From an uncultured Chloroflexia bacterium (GTDB lineage Bacteria > Chloroflexota > Anaerolineae > CG2-30-64-16): a stretch of DNA of 64,000 nucleotides. The notes below the pieces were generated by a model, which saw only the letters and a program-made list of their open reading frames with translations, was not told the DNA's origin and searched no databases. The DNA is taken from contig CAWEMM010000008.1 of the NCBI GenBank assembly GCA_963810095.1, positions 32,001 through 96,000 of the forward strand, read 5' to 3'. Position 1 is the first letter of the stretch; each line of letters opens with the position of its first letter. This document shows positions 32,161 through 41,899 of this stretch, one piece after another. Made by a program: the position numbers and the translations under genes.

Positions 32161-32373
32161 ATGAAACGCATTCTCATGCTCGGCCTGGTCCTGGCCCTGC
32201 TCGCAACCATGATCATCAGCACGGCAGCCTTGGCCTGTGGCGCCGGCGGTGGCACCCAGGCGCGCAACGGAACGACAGCTCAGTACGGAGCCGGCAACGG
32301 CGCGGGCGATGGCACGGGCCCGATCCAGAAGTGCCTCGACCTGAACCAGGACGGTTTGTGCGGGAAGCCCTAA
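32161..32373 (+). CDS. Small secreted hypothetical protein
   Basis: AAGGAG RBS, signal peptide, Gly-rich GNGAGDGTGP, CLDLNQDGLC tail. Confidence 0.7.
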   Translation: MKRILMLGLVLALLATMIISTAALACGAGGGTQARNGTTAQYGAGNGAGDGTGPIQKCLDLNQDGLCGKP

Positions 32374-32429
32374 GCGCTACCATCCTGGCGACAGGATGGC
32401 AGGGTCTTCCCGGGTGAGGTTAACCCTGC

Positions 32430-32495
32430 GAACACGAAGAGACCTTCTGGCGGAGGGTCGCAACAAGCGAACTGCCAGAAGGTCTCTTCGTGTTC
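32430..32495. terminator. 22-bp perfect inverted repeat between convergent genes
   Basis: gaacacgaagagaccttctggc / gccagaaggtctcttcgtgttc. Confidence 0.7.
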
Positions 32496-32543
32496 ATCGA
32501 GGGCAGCAGCGGTGATGAGGGCCGCTGCTGCCCTCAAGCGTAG

Positions 32544-32876
32544 CTACTGCTGACGAGCCGCCAGCCACGTGCGCAGGTTCGTCACCGAGAACTTCTCGCT
32601 CTCCAGGTTCTTGAGCTGAGCCGTCTCGGACGTATCGGCCGGCAGCTCGAATTCCGCGATGATGTCGGTGAGCGACACATTGTAGGCCTTCGTGATGTCC
32701 GCCAGGGTCATCCACCCCTTGATCTCGTCGACGCTCGCACCTGTGGGCGCAGCGCGTTCCCCTGTGGACGTCACTTTCGCCGATACCGACCAGACACCCG
32801 CAGCTTTCGCCCCGCCGAGCACGCCGAAGAACACCGCCAGAATGATGATGCCGAACACAAATGGGTTGATCTTCAT
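32544..32876 (-). CDS. Hypothetical membrane-anchored protein
   Basis: GGAGG RBS, TM helix, EIKGWMTL motif; follows the 4Fe-4S gene. Confidence 0.7.
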   Translation of the reverse strand: MKINPFVFGIIILAVFFGVLGGAKAAGVWSVSAKVTSTGERAAPTGASVDEIKGWMTLADITKAYNVSLTDIIAEFELPADTSETAQLKNLESEKFSVTNLRTWLAARQQ

Positions 32877-32896
32877 AGTAAGCCTCCAACTTCCAG

Positions 32897-33808
32897 TTAT
32901 TTGCCGAAGATCGGCACGCCCAGCTTCAGTTCCAGCGCGCCCTCGCGCGGGCACTCGTCGATGCACTCCAGGCAGCCGATGCAGTCGACGCTCTTGATCG
33001 TCGTCACCTCATGGACCGGCAAGCCCATCGGGCAGGCCTTGGTGCAGATGGCGCAGCTCTTGCAGGCATCGGACTCGCGCTTCAGATAGAACGGGCTGAG
33101 CTTGCTCACCAGCCCGGTTGCCGCGCCCAGCGGGCAGGCGTACCGGCAGAACGGCCGCTCGACAAAGAGCGAGGCGATCAGGACGACGATCAACACGAGC
33201 GTGCCGAGACCGAGGCTCAACTCCAGCAGCCCCCACAGCGCCGCCCATGGGTCGGCGTCACGGAAGACCATGAAGCCGTAGAGGGCGGTGCCAATTAGCG
33301 TCCATGCCAGGACGCCGTACTTCAGGAAGCGCAAGTAGCGATCGAGCACCGCGAGCTTCTTGCCACGGGTTTTCAATGTCTTGACGGCTTTGCGAACCGG
33401 GTAGACCTTCTTCTGGACGAACGCAGAAAAGCTACTGATCATGTCCTGGATGAAGCCGAACGGGCACAACCAGCCGCAGAAGCCATTGCGGGTAACGAGC
33501 GCGACGGCCAGGGTGGCGACCAGCACGACCATATTCGAGAGATGGACGTGGGGGACAGTCTTCCCGCCAGATGCGATGAACGTATACAGGCTTTCCAAGC
33601 CGCCGAACGGGCAGTAGGCCTCCCAAGAGGCGGTCGTGATGGCGCCGTTCTCGCCGACGATGGCATGGCGGATCGCCATGACGAAGATGAACAGGAACAC
33701 GCCCAGCTGGATGAGCCGGCGGAACGTGTGGTGGGTCAGCAGTGCAGCCAGCCCCTTGCGGCGGGGCTTGACTTTACCAAAAGGAGTAGGACGTGCGATG
33801 GTGGTCAT
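32897..33808 (-). CDS. Membrane 4Fe-4S binding protein (NapH/MauN-like)
   Basis: EAYCPFGG, FCGWLCPFG, FCRYACPLG, CKSCAICTKACP, CIGCLECIDECP. Confidence 0.9.
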   Translation of the reverse strand: MTTIARPTPFGKVKPRRKGLAALLTHHTFRRLIQLGVFLFIFVMAIRHAIVGENGAITTASWEAYCPFGGLESLYTFIASGGKTVPHVHLSNMVVLVATLAVALVTRNGFCGWLCPFGFIQDMISSFSAFVQKKVYPVRKAVKTLKTRGKKLAVLDRYLRFLKYGVLAWTLIGTALYGFMVFRDADPWAALWGLLELSLGLGTLVLIVVLIASLFVERPFCRYACPLGAATGLVSKLSPFYLKRESDACKSCAICTKACPMGLPVHEVTTIKSVDCIGCLECIDECPREGALELKLGVPIFGK

Positions 33809-34044
33809 GTTCTCTCCACACTTAACGGGTTGGATCGGCAATTAATGGATTCTTACTGCAAATGCTCGCTTGCAGATTGCGCTAATTGACATCCTAGCGA
33901 AAAGCAGCGAAGAAGCGGTGCGGGAGATATGAAGATGTCATGAAAAGTGCCGGGCGTTACGAGCGCGCACCCGGTCTTGTAACTTCCTGAACGTACCTGC
34001 ATCTCACCGCGTGGAACTTCCATCAATCTATCGAGGAGCTCACC

Positions 34045-34447
34045 ATGAACGAAATGGTCATCGACTTCCCCGGCGGCGCGCGTGTCGACGCTCACTTCAA
34101 CGGCTTCACAGTCATGACCGACCAGCCATCATACGCGCGGCGGCCAGAACTCCGCGCCCGCGCCCTTCTCGCTGTTCCTGGCGTCACTCGGCACGTGCGC
34201 CGGCATTTACGTGCTCGGTTTCTGCCGACAGCGCGGCCTGCCGACGGAGGGCATCCGCTTGGTACAACGCATGGAGAGCGACCCCGCCACGCGGATGATC
34301 TCGAAGATCGAGCTGGAAATCCAGTTGCCGCCGAGTTTCCCGGAGAAGTACAAGGACGCCGTTATCCGCTCCGCCGAGCAGTGCGCCGTGAAGAAGCACA
34401 TCGAAAACCCGCCACAGATGGTCGTGACGACGAAGGTCACAGCGTAA
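34045..34447 (+). CDS. OsmC family protein, frameshift near 34140
   Basis: TDQP..APAPFSLFLASLGTCAG..SAEQCAVKKHI. Confidence 0.85.
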
Positions 34448-34587
34448 CTGCTGCGCGGAACTCGACGGATTTAGTCGCTGGGAGTCAGTGTAACGAACCG
34501 CTGCTGCCAGCATCATAGTGAGCAAGGACGGCGCAAGAGTGCGCAGAGCGCAGTGGGTTCGCCGCCCCGTCAGGGAGGTAGTATCAG

Positions 34588-34785
34588 ATGAAGGCAAATG
34601 AGAGTCACCTGGACCGGATCATCCGCGGCATTTTGGGTGTGGCATTGTTGCTCGTGGCGTTCCTCGCCGTACCGGCGGGTGCGCTGCAGATCGTCCTCGC
34701 CATCATCGGCGTCGTTTTGCTCCTCACGGGGATAGTCGGCTTCTGCCCGCTCTACCGCATCCTGGGCCTATCGACGAAGAGCTGA
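34588..34785 (+). CDS. DUF2892 (YgaP-like) small membrane protein
   Basis: NESHLDRIIR..TGIVGFCPLYRILGLST. Confidence 0.88.
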   Translation: MKANESHLDRIIRGILGVALLLVAFLAVPAGALQIVLAIIGVVLLLTGIVGFCPLYRILGLSTKS

Positions 34786-34809
34786 CGGCAGACCAACCAG
34801 AAGACAAAA

Positions 34810-34841
34810 AACAGCCAGGCGTCTGCCTGGCTGTTGCTTTT
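34810..34841 (+). terminator. Intrinsic terminator
   Basis: aacagccagg cgtctg cctggctgtt gctttt. Confidence 0.7.
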
Positions 34842-35066
34842 CCTCAGCTTCCCGTACCTGCGCGTGGCCTTGCTAAACCCGAGCGCTGGCGATTCAGCTA
34901 CAGGCCGTGGTGGAACAGGTCGGTCGGCTTGGTCAGGGGCAAACCGTGCAGCTGCTGAGAGAGCTCAGTGTCCCGAGGCCCCGGTCAAGTAATCCCAAGA
35001 TCAATACGACAGCCTTCGTAAACGTGGCTGTCGCTTTGCACGCTTTCTTCCGGCCTCGGCGCGCTC

Positions 35067-36521
35067 CTAGATGAGCACTACCGAGCCGGTCAGGTCTGCT
35101 TCCACGGCAGGGGTGCGGGCGAAGAGGTGTGCCATAGCGTCGGCAGCCCGGACGCCCGTCTCCTCTCGATGGGTGCCGTATCTCGGGCCGACGCCCTGCT
35201 CCGTGACGTAGGCGACGTGGTAGCGCCTGCTGGCTGAAACGGGCTCGTCGCCCACATACAGCTCCTGCACACGCTGGCCCTGCGGATTTTCCGCCTTCGC
35301 ATACAGCTTGACGCCCGCCATGCGCTTCAGGTACCCGCCCATCTGCCCGTACGGGTCCCGCGACAGCGTGCGCTCGAGGTTCTCCTCCAGCATCTCGCGT
35401 ATCTCTTCGCCCGTTAGCTCGACGGTCATGACCGGTGGGTTCATCGGAATGATGTTGTAGAGGTCGTTGACAGTCACCGGGCCGGGTGGGATCGGCGCGC
35501 CATACCGCCAGCCGTTCGAGAAGGCAACCTCAGCGCCGGTCGCCCGGAGCAGGCTCTGCAGGAGCACGTTGTCCATCGTGGACTCCAGCATGGTATTGCG
35601 GTTCAAGGCTGTCGCCGTCCGGCCGACCACACGGTCGAGCTCGCCGCGGAACGAACGCATCAGATCGTCCACCTGGGCTTGCATCTCCGGGTCCGGCGCG
35701 ATCTCCTCGCCCACAGTAATCAGCCGGTGGTCCCAGCCCGTCACTCGGCCGTCCTCCACTCGCAGGTCAAGGCGGCCAAGAAACGAGCCGTGGCTGCCGG
35801 ACTGGATGATCACCGTGCGGCCCACGATGGCCGGGCGATAGAGGCGGTTGTGCGTGTGGCTGCTGAGGACGACGTCCGGCGCCGCACCTTCTGCGCCCAG
35901 TTCCTCCGCCATCTGCATGTCTTGCGGGAAGCCGAGGTGCGAGAGGGCGACGACAAGGTCGACGTGCTCCTCGCGGCGCAATCGCCTGACCCCCTCGGCC
36001 AGCTCGTCCTTGCCGAGTGTGAAGCGCACGCCTTCGCTGAAGTGCGGGGGCATCGTCTTGTCGACGATGTTGGAGGCCAGGCCGACTGCGCCGACGCGGA
36101 GCCCTCCCGCCTCGAACACCCTCCGACCTTCGAACACCGCCGCGCCCGTCTCCTTCTCGTAGACGTTGCTTGCGAGCAAGGGATAGCTGAGCTGACCGGC
36201 GACCTTCTGCAGATGCTGTGGCCCGTACGCGAACTCCCAGTGGGCGGTCATCGCGTCGAACGCGAGTGCGTTGAGCAGCGGCACGAGTCCCTCGCCCTTG
36301 GTTTTCACGGCTGGGTACGTGCCGTGGATCGTATCACCGCCGTCGAAGGCGAGGACCGCGCCGGGCCGCTCGTTACGAATCTGCTTCAAAAGGGCCGCGA
36401 TCCGGGCATAGCCCCCCGCCTTGCGATACACGGCCCCGGACGCGGTCCAGAACAGCTCATTGTGCAGCTCGACGTAGCCGTGGCTGTCGTTGAGCTGCAC
36501 CAATGTCAGGTTGCGCTCCAC
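35067..36521 (-). CDS. SoxB-like metallophosphoesterase/5'-nucleotidase-fold protein without signal peptide
   Basis: NDSHG, DGGDT, AHWEF (SoxB-type, not GNHEF), LSHLG, SHTH, SNGWRYG, DPYGQMGG. Confidence 0.8.
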   Translation of the reverse strand: MERNLTLVQLNDSHGYVELHNELFWTASGAVYRKAGGYARIAALLKQIRNERPGAVLAFDGGDTIHGTYPAVKTKGEGLVPLLNALAFDAMTAHWEFAYGPQHLQKVAGQLSYPLLASNVYEKETGAAVFEGRRVFEAGGLRVGAVGLASNIVDKTMPPHFSEGVRFTLGKDELAEGVRRLRREEHVDLVVALSHLGFPQDMQMAEELGAEGAAPDVVLSSHTHNRLYRPAIVGRTVIIQSGSHGSFLGRLDLRVEDGRVTGWDHRLITVGEEIAPDPEMQAQVDDLMRSFRGELDRVVGRTATALNRNTMLESTMDNVLLQSLLRATGAEVAFSNGWRYGAPIPPGPVTVNDLYNIIPMNPPVMTVELTGEEIREMLEENLERTLSRDPYGQMGGYLKRMAGVKLYAKAENPQGQRVQELYVGDEPVSASRRYHVAYVTEQGVGPRYGTHREETGVRAADAMAHLFARTPAVEADLTGSVVLI

Positions 36522-37937
36522 TAGCGCACCTTTGCCCGGGCGCCGTGGCCGTTCAAGGATATCTCCAACCCGGCCTGCTGCCAGGCCACCGTGCCGCCAA
36601 GGACGTTGTAGACCTTCTTGAAGCCCTTCTGCCCCAACAACGCGGCGGCCGACTGGCTGCGGTTGCCGTGTGCGCAGATGACCGCGACCGGCTGTGTCTC
36701 GTCGATCTCGGCTACGCGGTGCGGCAGTTGGCCAAGGGGAACGTTCACTGCGCCGGGAACGTGGCCCTGGCTGAACTCCCAGGGTTCCCGGACGTCAAGA
36801 ACGAACGGCGCCCGCTCCTCCTTCAGCATGCCCGCGAGCCGCGCCGGCGTCACGTCCTCGACATCGCCCGAGGCTACCGGCAGGCGGTGGCTGCGCCACG
36901 CCTGCATGCCGCCCTCGAGATACCCCACGACCTTGTCATAGCCGACGCGCGCGAGGGCCATAACCACGTCGCGGTAGACCTTCTCGTCGTCCAGCAGCAG
37001 GATCAACGGCTGGCCGGGCTGCAGGACGAACCCGGCCGCGGTTGCTCACCTGGTTATCGGCCTCGACGTGCACCGAGCCGGGGACGTGCTCCGCGATGTA
37101 AGCGGCCTTCGACCGAATGTCGAGCAGGCCGGCGCCCTGGCGGAAATAGGGCACCGCATCCTCGAGCGACAGGGCCACCGGCCGGACTTCGCCGAGCGGC
37201 GCCGGGCCACGCCGGTTCATGGCCTTAATACGCTGGTGGTTGCCCGGCTGCTCCGGTAGGTTCGTGGTCATGTACTCGACGAACGCTTCCTTGTCAGTGA
37301 CCTGCAATGAAGGGTTGTGCTTGCGTTCGAAGCCGAGCGTCGTGCTCCGCACGCTGCCGATCGCGCGGCCGCACAGCGAGCCCGCTCCATGACCAGGGTA
37401 AATCAGTAGGGCGTCCTCCAGCTTCATGACCTTGTCGAACAGGCTCTCGTGAAGCTGGCCGGCGAGGTCACGCGCTGCGTCGGCGCCGACCAAGTCCGGG
37501 CGGCCCACGTCGCCCACGAAAAGCAGGTCGCCAGTCAGGGCCATCCAGGGCTCAGCCGAGCGGGTACTGTCGGCAATAAGAAGGGTTATGCTCTCGGGCG
37601 TGTGGCCCGGCGTTGCTGCCACCTGTATGCGGACCGCACCCAGCTCCAGCACATCACCGTCGTGCAATGGCTGGTGCGCGAACTTCGCCTCGGCAGCTTC
37701 GTGGATGAAAATCGTCGCGCCCGTCCGGGCTGCCAGGTCCGTGTTGCCCGAAACATGATCGGCATGCAGGTGGGTCTCGATGATGTGCGTTATCTGCATA
37801 CCCCGGCGCTGCGCGGCGTCAATGTAACGCTCGACGTCACGGTCCGGATCGATCACGGCCGCGATGCCCTTGGCTTCGCAACCAACCAGATACGAAGCGC
37901 ACCCCAACCCTTCCACAAAGAACTGTTCTACGTACAT
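36521..37937 (-). CDS. Persulfide dioxygenase (MBL fold) - rhodanese - rhodanese fusion (CstB-like), frameshift near 37035
   Basis: ETHLHADHVSG, TPGHTPES, GDLLFVGDVGRPDL, GHGAGSLCG; C-terminal rhodanese CAHGNRS. Confidence 0.88.
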
Positions 37938-37946
37938 GTTACTTCC

Positions 37947-38722
37947 TCACACAATCAACTTAGGCAAGTTGTCCTTCAACAGAAAGACGCCCAGCACGAT
38001 GACGAACAATGCGAATGCCTGCTTGAGACGGGCCGCTGGCAGACGGTGCGCCAATCTCGAGCCGACAAAGGTGCCGCCCAACCCGGCGGCGACAAACACC
38101 ATAGTGAGGCCCAGGTCGAAAGGTCCCCGGGGGACACGCCCTGGTCCAAATGGCCCAGCAACCCGGCCGCGCTGTTCGCCGCAATGATGATAAGCGACGT
38201 GCCGACGGCCTGGTACATGGGCAGGCCGACGAGCATCACCAGCGCGGGCACGATCAGGAACCCGCCCCCGACCCCGAGGATCCCCGTAAGCAGTCCAACG
38301 CCGGCGCCGGCCAGCAGCGTCACCCACCACGGCCGCGCCTGGCCCGCTTCGCCTTCGCGCCCCCGGCGCAACAGCATCAGGACGGCGACCACCAGCATCA
38401 GGACGGCGAACGCGACGAGCAGTGCCGCGGACGAGAAATGCTTTGACAGACCCGCCGCCATGTACGCGGTGATCATACCCGCGCCGCCGAAGATCGCTGC
38501 CACCTTCCAGTTCAGCGTCCCTTGCCCGCCGTGGAAGGCCGCACCGATGAGGCTGTTGCCGCCGACAATAGCGAGCGAAGTGGTCACCGCCGCTTGCGGC
38601 GATTGGCCCACGAGGTAGACCAGCGCGGGCACGGTGAGGATGGACCCACCGCCCCCGAGAAGACCGAGCGATAGCCCGATAGCAAAACCCAACACCAGAT
38701 CCAGCGGAACTCCTGTCAACAC
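37947..38722 (-). CDS. TauE/SafE sulfite exporter, frameshift near 38135
   Basis: GLLGGGGSILTVPAL, GVGGGFLIVPAL, AVGTSL. Confidence 0.9.
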
Positions 38723-38921
38723 GTCACACTTCCTTCAACACTCCATACCCTGTCCGACCGGACTATCTGATGCAAAAGGGGCCGAGAAGGATACACCCGG
38801 GGAGTATGCCCACCCAGCAGCGCCTGGGCAAACGAAAAATCGGGGCAGCGCGTACGGCGCGGCCCCGATCTCCAATTCGTCCGCCGGCGAGAGCGCTAGT
38901 CCACCCCGCCAGCCCCTTCGA

Positions 38922-39492
38922 TTAGCGGTTCCAGCGCCCCCCGCGGGTCCCGGCCATCGGGCTCTGCCCGGCGAAGGCCGGCCGCCCCACGTTCGTGCGC
39001 TCGGCCTGGAGCTTCACGTGCTCGGCCATGTTGCTCAGCATGTAATCCGCTTGCGCCTGCGTGATCTTACCCGCCGACAGCAGTTCGTTCACGCTCGCTT
39101 TGCGGACCTCGAGCAACTTAGCGATCAGCGTATCCTCATTGATGCCCTTGCTCGCCGCGATCTGGACCAGGGACTTGCCCGCCAGGCGCTCCGCCTGCAG
39201 TTGCTCGACGGTGAGGCCGAGGATGCTGGCAGCATCGTCATTGTCACCGGCCCATTCCGGTGCACCTCGGCGGGCGCCCATGCCCATGCCCTGCGCCTGC
39301 CCGTTCACGAGGCCCGTGCCCGGGGTATGGGCGCCGTTCCCGGGAAGCGTTGCCGGCACCGTAGCCGTAACCGCTACCCGCTTGCGTGCCCGGGACCGGG
39401 GTCGCCGGGGCAACCGGGGCCGCGAAGGCCGAGGTGGCGAAGGCCGCGGTCAGGGCCGCGACCAGGACTGCGATCATCAGGAACTTCTTCAT
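38922..39492 (-). CDS. Secreted hypothetical protein (frameshifted)
   Basis: Signal peptide MKKFLMIAVLVAAL; LAGKSLVQIA..GKITQAQAD motif. Confidence 0.7.
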
Positions 39493-39576
39493 CGTGTAAT
39501 CCCTCCGTTGTGTCTTCTTGTTGAGATGTAGCTCAGCAGTGTTTCCTGCTTGCTGATCATAGGATAGCGGAGGGTT

Positions 39577-39637
39577 GTGAAGGGCCGGTGAACGGCGTGT
39601 GCGCGTGTGGCGAAACGCGCGTGAAGTTGGGGTGAAT
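39577..39637. promoter_or_regulatory. 11-bp-phased GTGAA direct-repeat array (response-regulator-type operator)
   Basis: gtgaag 39577, gtgaac 39588, gtgcgc 39599, gcgaaa 39610, gtgaag 39621, gtgaat 39632; minus-strand -10-like TATCCT at 39561-39566. Confidence 0.55.
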
Positions 39638-40099
39638 TGTGCGCCAAGTCAAGCGGGCAGCGCCTACGCGCTAGCGTGCAGCCGGGGACCGGCCGACCCC
39701 CTAGCCGGTCCCCGCGACTGCCTGGCGCCTGGCCCTCGGCCGAAGGTCGGCCAGGGTCAGCTCATTCCGAGGAAGTCACACTCGTCCGTACTTCAGATCG
39801 TGCTGCGGGTGCGCCGCCTGGCCTGCCCGGCATCCCGCCTGCCCTGCAGAAACAGCAGGCCGACGATGGCCAGCCAGGTAGCGATGCGTATCGTCATTGC
39901 CTGCAGGCTTTGTGCCGCGACGGCATATACTGGGACTCATACAGGTGTGTATGCGAGCACGGATGCATCACACGAGGGTAAGTGTAGCGCCAACGGTGAC
40001 GTGTCACTCGGCGTTCGCCCCAGAGACCGGGCCGCCGGTGACACCCATCCCCGATCACGGCTACACTGCGCAATGCGCAAGTCGTCTCATCTCGGACCC

Positions 40100-40403
40100 C
40101 TAGTATCGCAGTTGCCGGTCTCCGACCTCCAGCCCGCGCGCCGCCTCCATCCGGCAGGACCAGGATCGTGCCGGGACCTACCGCGTACCGCTCTCCGTCG
40201 ACCGTCATCCACCCCGTTCCGTCAACGAAGTAGTAAACGCTCAACCCCTCGGGGTGCACCGGGATGCGCTGCCCCGGCTCCAGGCCCGCAACCAGCGACT
40301 TCATCTGGTCGGAGTCCAAGAGGACTTGTTGCCAGGGCCGGCGGGTGAAAACGCGGCTCGTTCCCGCACATCCTGTATGTAGATCGTCTCCATCGTGGTT
40401 CAC
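40100..40403 (-). CDS. Cupin domain protein (ends uncertain, frameshifts)
   Basis: LEPGQRIPVHPE..YYFVDGTGWMTVDGE..GPGTILVLP. Confidence 0.65.
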
Positions 40404-40669
40404 ACTCCTGACTTATCAATGGGCGGGCCGCCGGCGCCGCCGTTCGTTCCGGGCTGCTTCGAGGCAGTTGCCCGTGCTAGAATGTCCAGAAATTCGTCCA
40501 GAGGGACGCGATGGATGCGGGCCGCCCACTCCACGCTGACGGCCTTCGCAGCCAGCGCTCGCACCGAGTAGCGGCCCACCTGCTGCACCCCGAAGACCTC
40601 CATCACCTCGGCGATATCCCCATACTCCCGAAGGATGTCCGCCACGCGCGTATCCTTGTCGATCTTCAT
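40400..40669 (-). CDS. DUF1858-like small protein
   Basis: IDKDTRVADILREY..SVEWAARIHRVPLDEFL. Confidence 0.65.
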   Translation of the reverse strand: MKIDKDTRVADILREYGDIAEVMEVFGVQQVGRYSVRALAAKAVSVEWAARIHRVPLDEFLDILARATASKQPGTNGGAGGPPIDKSGV

Positions 40670-40756
40670 CCCTGACCTCGGTCCTTCGGCAGACGAGCGC
40701 AGTTGGTCGTACAATCCGCTGCGCCCGTCGCTTTCGCCGGCGCCAGCCAACGCCGC

Positions 40757-41047
40757 TCAAGCGCGTGGCTGGGTTCGCTGCGTGACCTTCACAGTGCTCA
40801 ACTGCTTCCGGATCGCGGGCCCGCCGAGCGGGTAGCCCAGCGCCTTCGCGATCAGGCAGAAGTCGAAGAGGCCTCCGCTCATGGGCACGAGGGAAACGAG
40901 GCTCATCACGAAGCCCGGCGTCCCCCGCACTACGAACTGCCCCAGGCCCAGAATCAGCAGGCCAGGCACGATCCGACCGATGCGCCCCGACGGTCCTGTC
41001 ATCAGCTTCACGAACTTCTCCGATCTTTCCGTGTGCATCTCTTTCAT
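40757..41047 (-). CDS. DUF2892-like membrane protein
   Basis: GRIGRIVPGL..LVPMSGGLFDFCLIA. Confidence 0.6.
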   Translation of the reverse strand: MKEMHTERSEKFVKLMTGPSGRIGRIVPGLLILGLGQFVVRGTPGFVMSLVSLVPMSGGLFDFCLIAKALGYPLGGPAIRKQLSTVKVTQRTQPRA

Positions 41048-41114
41048 CTCCAATCTCACCTGATACGACCAGCCTACATCGCTCGAGGCTCGAGTGCCTC
41101 GACTTTTGTCGGAA

Positions 41115-41585
41115 TTACGGTTCAACTGCAACATCTGCTCGAACCGGCTCAGCCTCGAGCGCAACCCGTTCCGTGGCCGCCTGCACCGAGCGCCCATGTG
41201 CGGCCCTGTCTCCGCCGGGAGCGCGAAGCCGCACCAGCTGCACGAGCAGCGTTGTGGCCACGATCAGAACCAGCGTGCCGCCCGCGACGAGCATGGCCTG
41301 GTTGACCAGCGGGATGGCGATGAGGAGCGCAATGAGCCCTGCGTTAAGGATCAGCCAGATGCCCCACTGCATGCGGGGTTTCGGCTTGCCGGCGCGCGAC
41401 GCAACCAGCGCGGGCAGCGCGCCGAAGAGCACCTGGGTCAGCACGCCGAGCGTGATGAAGTGGACCTGCAGCCAGCGCAGACCGTTGGCCGCGGGCAACA
41501 CGTCGAACCGGATCAGTGACGACCCGGCCATGGCCACGATTCCCAGCGAGAAGTAGAGCAGGGCCATCAGGTAGTATCCGTACAT
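41115..41585 (-). CDS. Hypothetical membrane protein (possibly truncated)
   Basis: GGAGG RBS, four TM helices, VHFITLGVLTQ. Confidence 0.6.
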   Translation of the reverse strand: MYGYYLMALLYFSLGIVAMAGSSLIRFDVLPAANGLRWLQVHFITLGVLTQVLFGALPALVASRAGKPKPRMQWGIWLILNAGLIALLIAIPLVNQAMLVAGGTLVLIVATTLLVQLVRLRAPGGDRAAHGRSVQAATERVALEAEPVRADVAVEP

Positions 41586-41899
41586 CTCATCCTCCTACCA
41601 TCTATTCTGGCGTGCGAGCCTGCGTTGCGGCGGGGCAGGCTGCGAGCTGCCTCCGCCCGTATCCGTAAACGCACCTGCCCATCGTCCACACTGCTGATGA
41701 GGCCCAGCGGCAGGTGGTAGTATTCGAGCGTCGTGTGCGGGCGAGCCATCACGACGCCCGTCGATTTGCCGGCCGTATCCAATTCGATCGCCGCGACCCA
41801 GCCAACCTCGTGGCCGTCGGTGCTGATCGCCGGCATGCCGCGACTGACCCGGCACTCGCCGCAGTCGTCGCCGCCCGGCCAGATGCTCCCGCTTTCCAT
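41567..41899 (-). CDS. PRC-barrel-like hypothetical protein
   Basis: GMPAISTDGHEVGWV..LPLGLISSVDDGQVRL. Confidence 0.5.
   Translation of the reverse strand: MESGSIWPGGDDCGECRVSRGMPAISTDGHEVGWVAAIELDTAGKSTGVVMARPHTTLEYYHLPLGLISSVDDGQVRLRIRAEAARSLPRRNAGSHARIDGRRMRCTDTT

Noticed and set aside
34850-35060. GGCAAACC segment as a c-di-GMP-I riboswitch
   Set aside because: No following GAAA tetraloop / GCAAAG elements, and it lies between convergent genes.
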